Assembly: GCA_039714075.1 (NCBI GenBank)
Contig: JBDLKA010000059.1
Coordinates: forward strand, 1-21,694
Reading direction: 5' to 3'
Length of the DNA: 21,694 nucleotides
Source: Candidatus Krumholzibacteriota bacterium
Lineage (GTDB): Bacteria; Krumholzibacteriota; Krumholzibacteriia; LZORAL124-64-63
The position numbers and the translations under genes are program-made. Of this stretch, positions 9,315-16,029 are shown one piece after another (position 1 is the stretch's first letter; each line of letters opens with the position of its first letter). The notes beneath the pieces were generated by a model that worked only from the letters and a program-made list of their open reading frames with translations, ran no database searches and had not been told where the DNA came from.

Positions 9315-11072
9315 ATGTCGTCCCCGGAAAAGTCTCCGGACCCGCAGGTCTGCCGTCTGCTTTTCGTGCATCGCGATCCGGCCCTGGCCGATCGCATCCG
9401 CGGCCTGTTGGGGTGCGCCGGCACCGAAGCGACGGACCCCGCTTTCCGGGTCGCCCACCTGACCCACCTCAGCGACGCTCTCACCTACCTGAAGATCAGC
9501 CCCGTGGATCTGGTCCTGATCGGGCCCGACCCTGCCGGCGCGACCCTGTCGGATTCCATCGCCGAAATGAGCGCCTCCCATCCCGAAGTTCCGGTGGTCG
9601 CCCTGTTGTCGTCGCCGACGGGCGAGGAACGCCACGAGATTCGCCGGGCCGGGGCCCGGGAATGCCTGGCGGCCGATGAATTCGATTTCAACATCTGGTC
9701 CCGGACCTTCGAGTTCTGCCGTCGCGAAATGACTCTCAGCCGAGAACTGGCCGAAGTCAACGCCCGGCTGGACTGGCTGGTGCACATGGATTCGTTGACC
9801 GATCTGCTGAACCGCAAGGGCATGGAGCGGGCCATCATGGACGAGCTGGCCCGCTGCCGGCGCGAGGACGACGAGCTTTTGATCCTGCTGGTGGATCTGG
9901 ATGAATTTTCCCGCATCAACGCCACCATGGGCCACGGGGTCGGCGACCTGGTCCTGGTGGGCGCGGCCCGCCGCATCAAGGAATCGGTGCGCGACCAGGA
10001 CCGTGTGGGGCGCTGCGGAACCGACCGTTTCATGATCATGCTGCCGGAGACCGAGGTGGCCGAAGGCGAGATCATCGCCGAAAAGATCCGCCTGGCCATC
10101 AGCCGCGACGTGATCAAGGCCGGGGACCGGTCCATCACCACGACCGCGAGCCTGGGCCTGACGGCCATCAGCCCCACCTCGCTGTCGTTCGACGAAGTGC
10201 TGGCCAAGGCGCACTTCGTGCTTCAGCGCAGCCGGCTCAAGGGCAAGAACCGGGTGGCCCGGGCGGCCAGCGTCGAAGAGGTGGGCATGATCCGTCCGGT
10301 GGTCGCGGGTCCCGAAATGGTGCGCGCCCTGCTGCGGGGCAACGTTCTGGAAGTTTCCAGCCAGCCCATCGTCAACCTTGCGGACGGCCGCATCGTCTCC
10401 CGCGAGATGCTCATCCGGGGGCCCGAGGGTCCCTTGCGCCGGCCGGACAACCTGTTCAGCTTCTGCCAGGAAAACGATATCACCACCGCGGTGGATCTGC
10501 GCTGCCTGAAACTGTGCGCGGCGGCCGCGGGCCGCCTGGGAACAAACGGGCACTTCCACGTGAACATCATGCCGGCGACTCTGCTGCAGACCGAGGCCGA
10601 GGAACTGATACGCGTGCTCAGCGGCAACGGAAACGAGGGCCAGTGCTGCCTGGAAATCAGCGAGCAGCAGTTGCTGGGCGATCCCACGGTGCTGGTGCCG
10701 CGGGTCAGGGCGGTGCAGGAGGCGGGCATCCGGATCGCCATCGACGACGTCGGCTTCGGCAACAGCTGCCTCGAGGGTCTGATCATGCTGCATCCGCAGG
10801 TGATGAAGATCGACAAGCGCCTGGTCCGGGGGCTGGCGGTCGATCCGGAGATGCGCAAGGCCCTGGCGCGGCTGCTGAAGGTGGCCGACGTCCTGGGGGC
10901 CGAGGTCGTGGCCGAGGGCATCGAGAATACGGAGGATTACCACATCCTGGTGGATATGGGTGTACGTTTGGGACAGGGTTATCTCTTCGGGCGACCCTGC
11001 ATGTGCTCGGAAGACCCTGTCCTGAACGGCAACAAAAAGCAGGAAAAACCCGGCGCCAGGGCGAACGCCTGA
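9315..11072 (+). CDS. Atypical receiver + degenerate GGDEF + EAL domain protein (probable c-di-GMP phosphodiesterase)
   Basis: GGDEF domain motifs DSLTDLLNR, DLDEFSRIN, GHGVGD, RDQD-x5-GTDRF, KGKNRV. EAL domain motifs QPIV, EMLIR, HVNI, LEISE, IDDVGFG, KID, AEGIE, GQGYLF. Start chosen at ATG 9315 after AGGAAG. Confidence 0.9.
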   Translation: MSSPEKSPDPQVCRLLFVHRDPALADRIRGLLGCAGTEATDPAFRVAHLTHLSDALTYLKISPVDLVLIGPDPAGATLSDSIAEMSASHPEVPVVALLSSPTGEERHEIRRAGARECLAADEFDFNIWSRTFEFCRREMTLSRELAEVNARLDWLVHMDSLTDLLNRKGMERAIMDELARCRREDDELLILLVDLDEFSRINATMGHGVGDLVLVGAARRIKESVRDQDRVGRCGTDRFMIMLPETEVAEGEIIAEKIRLAISRDVIKAGDRSITTTASLGLTAISPTSLSFDEVLAKAHFVLQRSRLKGKNRVARAASVEEVGMIRPVVAGPEMVRALLRGNVLEVSSQPIVNLADGRIVSREMLIRGPEGPLRRPDNLFSFCQENDITTAVDLRCLKLCAAAAGRLGTNGHFHVNIMPATLLQTEAEELIRVLSGNGNEGQCCLEISEQQLLGDPTVLVPRVRAVQEAGIRIAIDDVGFGNSCLEGLIMLHPQVMKIDKRLVRGLAVDPEMRKALARLLKVADVLGAEVVAEGIENTEDYHILVDMGVRLGQGYLFGRPCMCSEDPVLNGNKKQEKPGARANA

Positions 11073-11112
11073 CCCGGTTCCGTGCCCGATCACCGTAAAT
11101 CAGCCTCCGACA

Positions 11113-11121
11113 TGCTATAAT
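11113..11121 (+). promoter_or_regulatory. Extended -10 promoter element upstream of the TPR-CHAT gene
   Basis: Perfect TGnTATAAT (TGCTATAAT) in a GC-rich intergenic region, about 50 nt before the start. TAAGGGGG RBS-like sequence at 11151-11158. Confidence 0.65.
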
Positions 11122-11169
11122 GGTTCCCGGGACGGTCCACTCACAGGGATTAAGGGGGCGAGCGACCAG

Positions 11170-14100
11170 TTGATTTCCAGGACAATCTTCATGCTCTGTA
11201 TCTGGGCGGCCATGGTGGTGGCCGTCCCTTCGCATCCGCAGGACGATATCACCGCGGAACTTCAGACCCTCCTTGATTCCAGTCGGTACGAAGAAGTCAT
11301 GCAGCGGGGTGGGGAGATCATCGCGGAATTGCGCCGCGACGATCCGGACGGTTCCCTGGCCGAGGCGCAGGTGATCGATCTTGTCGTCAACGCCTGCTAC
11401 CGCAGCAATCTGGTCATGGAAGAGGATTATCTGGAATTGGCCACGCGGGCGGTTCACCTGAAGGAACAGGCCTTCGGGGAGCCTGGCCCCGCCCTGGCGA
11501 CAAGTCTGCTCCATCTGGGCAGGCTCTGCAACGGGCGCTGGGAAAACCGCCGGGCCATTCCGTACTTTCAGCGGGCCCTGGTCATCCTCGAGACGGCGGG
11601 TCCGGAAAACGACCCCGAGAGAGCCCTGGTCCTGGGCGGTCTCGGAATTGCCCACCGCCGGCTGGGAGAGTATGAGAGGGCGCAGCAACTCTTCCTCGAC
11701 GCTCTTCAAATCCAGGAACTTCGCCTGGGGCCGGATCATCCCGATCTGGCGGTGAGCCTGAACAACCTCGCCATCATTCAGGTCCATTTCGGTTCCTACA
11801 GCCAGGCCAAGGAGCTTCATTTGCGAGCCTTGGCCATCCGGGAAAACCATTTCGAACCTGACAACGAATGGATCGGGGAGACCCTCAACAACCTGGCCAC
11901 GGTCTGCAGTTACATGGGTGACTACAAAGAGGCGCTGGATGCCCAGGAACGCGCCGTCGACATCCTCAAGGCCCGACTGGGGGTGGATCACCAGCGGTAC
12001 TGGTGGGCTTATTTCAACCTGGGCGTCACCTACCTGGACATGGGTGACCACAGCGGGGCCCAACCCATCTGTGAGGAAGTTCTCGAGGCTTTGCAGAGCC
12101 TCTATGGGCCCGACCATGTGGAAACGATCTACGCCCTGGACGCGCTGGGTAGCTGCCGTTTCAACGCGGGGGACTTCCAGGGCGCCCTCGGTTTCTACCG
12201 CCGTTCCCTGGCGATCAGCGAAAGAACTTTCGGCCAGGGCAATGTGGAGACGGCCGATACGATCGAGCAGGAGGGCCGCTGCCTGGTGGAGCTGGGCAGA
12301 CTGGACGAAGCCGCGGAAACCCTGCGCACCAGTCTGGACATTCGACGGGCGACACTGGCGGAAGATTCTCCCCAGTTGTGTGAACTCCTGCACTACCTCG
12401 GCAATCTCCACTTGCGCAGGGGGGATGCGGAGCAGGCCCTGGAATACGCCCGGCGTTCCCGCACGACTCTTCAGGCGACCCTCGGGGAAAGTCATCCCCT
12501 GTTGGCCGAAGCCCTGGTCCTGGAGGCCAAGGCCCTGCGTGCGGACGGCGGTGACGAAGAGGTCATCCGGCTGGCGACGCGGGCCGAAGACATCAGCCGC
12601 CGCCATCTGCAGTCGACCATGTGCGCCTTGTCGGAACATCGCGCCCTGGAGTACGCCGCCGCCCGGATCCAGGGCCTGGACCTGGCCCTGTCCACGCTGC
12701 CTGCGGGTGCCGGGGGCGCTCAGGTCGGTCTTGTCTGGGACGCGGTCATCCGTTCCCGCGCCGTCGTTCTGGACGAGTTCACGGCCAGGAACAGGCAGCG
12801 CAGCCATCTGGCCGGAACGGCGGCCGGCAGTCTGGCGGACAGTTCCCTGGTTTTGAGGGAGCGTCTGGCTAACCTGGTCCTGCGCGGACCCGGCTGGGAG
12901 GATGTCGCCACCTACCGGCACATGCTCGACGCCACCAGGGCGGATCTGAACCAGGTCGAACGTCGGCTTTCGCTGGCCAGCGATTTTTTCATGGAGACCG
13001 GGCTGTCCCGGGAAACAGGTCTGGAGCAGGTGAGGGCTGCTCTTCCCGGGCAGACATCCCTGGTCAGTTTCGTGCGGTACCGGAAAATGGAACCCGGAGA
13101 CCCGGCTGATCAGGCCGGATTCGCCTACAAGGCCCTGGTCCTGGGCGGACCCGATGCCCAGCCGAAAGCGATCGAGCTCGGCGACGCCGGGGATATCGAC
13201 GCCCTGATCGAATCCTGGCGCAACCAGGTCCGCTTCGGCAGCCCGGAGACCGGGGCCGGGCAGGCCCGGGGATTCATACGGGTGTCGGGGAATGTCGATC
13301 GCCGCCTGGAGGATTACCTGGAAGCCGCCACCGCACTGCGTGAACGGGTATGGGATCCCCTGGGTCCGGACCTGAAGGATTCAAAGCAAATCTTCCTGGT
13401 TCCCGACGGGAATCTGAACCTGATCAGTTTCGCCGCCCTGCCGGTCGAAGGGAACCGTTTCCTGGTGGAGCAGGATCCGTTGCTGCATATCGTGGTCACG
13501 GAACGCTCCCTGGCTGAATGGGGCATGGTTGCAGGTTCCAGAGGGCAATCTGTGACAGGGGGCGCGGGGGGACTTTTGGTCGTGGGTGATCCCGATTTCG
13601 GTTCGGCCCCGGACGAAGATGCCGGCCCGGATGCCCGGAGCGGGGCGCCGGCGCCACCCGATCCCTGCCTTTCCCTGGCGGACATGCAGTTCGGTCCGCT
13701 GCCCTGGGCCCGGCGCGAGGCGAAGGAGATCAAGCGAATCTGGTTGAGCGATGCCGGTCGGAATGACAATCAGGTCAGGATCATCCTGGGGACCGAGGCG
13801 GCGGAATCCGCCTTCAAACTGGAGGCCGGGGGACAGGAAGTGATCCATCTGGCCACTCACGGATTTTTCCTGTCCGGGTCCTGTTCGCAGGGCCGCGCAG
13901 ATGAAGCCCGGCAGGGAAATCCTCTGGCCTTGTCGGGGCTGGTCTTTGCCGGGGGCAACCGCTGGATGAGTTCGAAGAGTGGGTGCGACGACGGAATCCT
14001 GACGGCCCAGGAAGTGGCGGCCCTGGATTTGACCGGGGTCCGCTGGGTCGTCCTGTCGGCCTGCAACACCGGTCTGGGAGCCCTGGCCACCCAGGGGGAA

Positions 14101-14355
14101 GGTGTTTTCGGCCTGCGCCGCTCATTTGCCCTGGCAGGGGCCCAAACGGTGATCATGAGTCTCTGGGCGGTCGGCGACGACTCGACGAACGAGTGGATGG
14201 AAAAGCTCTACCGGGCCCGGCTCAACGAGGGTCATGACACCGCCCACGCGGTGCGGGCCGCTTCCCTGGCGGTGTTGTCCTCACGCCGGGAAAGCGGACA
14301 AAGTGTCCATCCCTATCATTGGGCCGGATTCCTGGCTGCCGGAGACTGGCGTTGA
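11170..14355 (+). CDS. TPR-repeat CHAT-domain (caspase HetF-associated) cysteine protease with a predicted N-terminal signal peptide
   Basis: About nine 42-aa TPRs (e.g. GPDHPDLAVSLNNLA). CHAT motifs LVPDGNLNLISFAAL, IHLATHG (His codon 13858), VVLSACNTG (Cys codon 14062), GEGVFGLRRSF, SLWAV, HPYHWAGF. Start is TTG 11170 or ATG 11191. Confidence 0.93.
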   Translation: MISRTIFMLCIWAAMVVAVPSHPQDDITAELQTLLDSSRYEEVMQRGGEIIAELRRDDPDGSLAEAQVIDLVVNACYRSNLVMEEDYLELATRAVHLKEQAFGEPGPALATSLLHLGRLCNGRWENRRAIPYFQRALVILETAGPENDPERALVLGGLGIAHRRLGEYERAQQLFLDALQIQELRLGPDHPDLAVSLNNLAIIQVHFGSYSQAKELHLRALAIRENHFEPDNEWIGETLNNLATVCSYMGDYKEALDAQERAVDILKARLGVDHQRYWWAYFNLGVTYLDMGDHSGAQPICEEVLEALQSLYGPDHVETIYALDALGSCRFNAGDFQGALGFYRRSLAISERTFGQGNVETADTIEQEGRCLVELGRLDEAAETLRTSLDIRRATLAEDSPQLCELLHYLGNLHLRRGDAEQALEYARRSRTTLQATLGESHPLLAEALVLEAKALRADGGDEEVIRLATRAEDISRRHLQSTMCALSEHRALEYAAARIQGLDLALSTLPAGAGGAQVGLVWDAVIRSRAVVLDEFTARNRQRSHLAGTAAGSLADSSLVLRERLANLVLRGPGWEDVATYRHMLDATRADLNQVERRLSLASDFFMETGLSRETGLEQVRAALPGQTSLVSFVRYRKMEPGDPADQAGFAYKALVLGGPDAQPKAIELGDAGDIDALIESWRNQVRFGSPETGAGQARGFIRVSGNVDRRLEDYLEAATALRERVWDPLGPDLKDSKQIFLVPDGNLNLISFAALPVEGNRFLVEQDPLLHIVVTERSLAEWGMVAGSRGQSVTGGAGGLLVVGDPDFGSAPDEDAGPDARSGAPAPPDPCLSLADMQFGPLPWARREAKEIKRIWLSDAGRNDNQVRIILGTEAAESAFKLEAGGQEVIHLATHGFFLSGSCSQGRADEARQGNPLALSGLVFAGGNRWMSSKSGCDDGILTAQEVAALDLTGVRWVVLSACNTGLGALATQGEGVFGLRRSFALAGAQTVIMSLWAVGDDSTNEWMEKLYRARLNEGHDTAHAVRAASLAVLSSRRESGQSVHPYHWAGFLAAGDWR
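11476..12610 (+). repeat. Array of about nine 42-aa (126-nt) kinesin-light-chain-type TPR repeats inside the CHAT gene
   Basis: Repeat starts GEPGP, GPEND, GPDHP, EPDNE, GVDHQ, GPDHV, GQGNV, AEDSP, GESHP at roughly 42-residue spacing. The repeat is at protein level and diverged at DNA level. Confidence 0.8.
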
Positions 14356-14455
14356 CCTTCCCGAAAATGACAAGTGAAACCATCGGTATTTTGAGTTAGA
14401 ATATTCAGAGGCAACAATTTGAATCCCGCCAGCCAGGAGAAGATCGCCTTTCCCC

Positions 14456-15091
14456 ATGTCCAGTACGGCTCCAAACGCACAATCCCTGCCGCGCGACGAG
14501 GCCGAAGAGGCCCTGGTCCAAGGACTTGCCCGTAACGATCCACGCACCGTCGCGGATTTTCTCGGCCGGACCCACCGGCCGGTCTACGCCATGAGCGCCC
14601 GTCTGACGGCCGACCCGGACCTGCGGCATGACTGGACCCAGGATACCCTGCTGAAGATTCTGGAGGAAATGAAAAAGGGCCGGTTCGAGTACCGTTGGCC
14701 CGGCTGTTTCTGGTCGTGGTTCCAGAAGCGTTGCCATTTCCTGATGATCAACCATTACCGCGGCCACCGGAAGCGTCACGACCGCCTGACCCCGTTCGAC
14801 CTCGGGTCGGAAGTCGTGGCGAAGCTGTCGCTCGGTGATGAGGCCGACCCCTTGCGGTTGATGGAAAGCGTGGAGGCCCGCGCCATCCTGGACGATTGCC
14901 TGGACCGGTTGGACAACGAGGACCACCGGCGGGCTCTGGCCGGCATCCTCCTGGAGGACCAGCCCTACCAGGCCGTGGCCGATGAAATGGGTGCGACGCT
15001 CAACACCGTTCGCTCCTGGATCCGGCGCGGCCGCGAGGCGGTACGGCGTTGTGTCGCAACCCGCTATCGCCGGGTTTTGGGGGAGGAATAA
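14456..15091 (+). CDS. ECF-subfamily RNA polymerase sigma factor
   Basis: 211 aa. Region 2-like HDWTQDTLLK...FWSW...INHYR. Region 4 HTH YQAVADEMGATLNTVRSWIRRGR. Confidence 0.88.
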   Translation: MSSTAPNAQSLPRDEAEEALVQGLARNDPRTVADFLGRTHRPVYAMSARLTADPDLRHDWTQDTLLKILEEMKKGRFEYRWPGCFWSWFQKRCHFLMINHYRGHRKRHDRLTPFDLGSEVVAKLSLGDEADPLRLMESVEARAILDDCLDRLDNEDHRRALAGILLEDQPYQAVADEMGATLNTVRSWIRRGREAVRRCVATRYRRVLGEE

Positions 15092-15096
15092 TCAGG

Positions 15097-15124
15097 TGCA
15101 ACTTTCCTTCGTCTCACATGGTCT
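15097..15124 (+). promoter_or_regulatory. Candidate ECF-type promoter between the sigma and anti-sigma genes
   Basis: TGCAAC-N17-GGTCT, fitting the general ECF pattern of AAC at -35 and GTC at -10. Confidence 0.35.
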
Positions 15125-15160
15125 TCCTTTGTGTGCGAACCGACACATGGAAGGTGGATA

Positions 15161-16021
15161 ATGACTGATATGAACAAAGAAGAATTCGAACGGCTGATCC
15201 TGGCTTACGAAGACCTCGACACAGAGGAAAAAAAGCAGGCTGACAAGATCCTGGCCGAACGTCCTGATTTGCGTCAGCGGCTGGAATCCCTGCGAAACCT
15301 GGAAAGCGCGGCGGCCGCCTCGTTTGAGTTCGATGAAGAAGCCTTCTGGGCCGCCGAGGGTCTGGCTCCCGGTGACGCCGAGTTGCAGCAGCGAAGCCTG
15401 ACGGATCTGCGGGAATCCCTGGGTCTGACCGTGAAGCCGAGCGGGGGTTTCTGGAAACGCGGGCGCACCGGTCTGTCCCTGATGATCCCCGTGGCCGCGG
15501 TCCTGGCGCTTTTGCTGATCCTGCCGGTCTTCCGGGACGGCTCCGAACTCATCCGTGATCTCTCCGTCCAGCCGGTCGCCCTGGACACCGGAGGCTCGAG
15601 ATCAGGCACCGATACCCGGCACCAGCCGGGAGTCCTGCGGTCCGGTGAGGCCTTTGCCCTGGATTTCCATCTGAACGAGGATGCCTACGTGTTGGTTTTC
15701 CATGTGGATCCGCAGGGAGCGGTCAGCCTGGTGCATCCGGCTTCCCCTTCCGCCCCTCCGGCGGTGATCGCGGCGGGAGAGATCCGTTTCCCCGACCCGG
15801 AAAGCGGCGACAAGTGGATCCTGGAAGGTGGTGCGGGGATCGAAACCTTCGTGGTGGCCGCGGCGCCGGCTTCCTCATCCGGTCCCGAAACCCTGGCCCT
15901 GGCAAAAAGGCTGGTCGGAGGAACATTCCCCGATGTCGCCGCCGCCGTTACTCATCTGACGGGATCCCTGTCCGAAAAAATGGAACAGGTGGAACGGTTC
16001 GAATTCCAGCACCTGGATTGA
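15161..16021 (+). CDS. Putative single-pass membrane anti-sigma factor with a C-terminal DUF4384-like domain
   Basis: GGAAGGTGG RBS before ATG 15161. Helical N-terminus resembling an anti-sigma domain (LILAYEDL...E...ADKILAERPDL). TM helix LSLMIPVAAVLALLLILPVF (15473-15532). LRSGEAFALDF...DAYVLVFHVDPQGAVSLVHP...GIETFVVAA resembles DUF4384. Confidence 0.75.
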   Translation: MTDMNKEEFERLILAYEDLDTEEKKQADKILAERPDLRQRLESLRNLESAAAASFEFDEEAFWAAEGLAPGDAELQQRSLTDLRESLGLTVKPSGGFWKRGRTGLSLMIPVAAVLALLLILPVFRDGSELIRDLSVQPVALDTGGSRSGTDTRHQPGVLRSGEAFALDFHLNEDAYVLVFHVDPQGAVSLVHPASPSAPPAVIAAGEIRFPDPESGDKWILEGGAGIETFVVAAAPASSSGPETLALAKRLVGGTFPDVAAAVTHLTGSLSEKMEQVERFEFQHLD

Positions 16022-16029
16022 GCGGGCGG

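Noticed and set aside
9255..12921. 612-aa and 712-aa minus-strand ORFs
   Set aside because: Antisense shadows of the GGDEF-EAL and TPR-CHAT genes.
11170..16021. Type III-E CRISPR (Craspase) locus
   Set aside because: No cas7-11 or other cas genes and no repeat-spacer array in the window. The CHAT protein seems exported, so the link is an analogy only.
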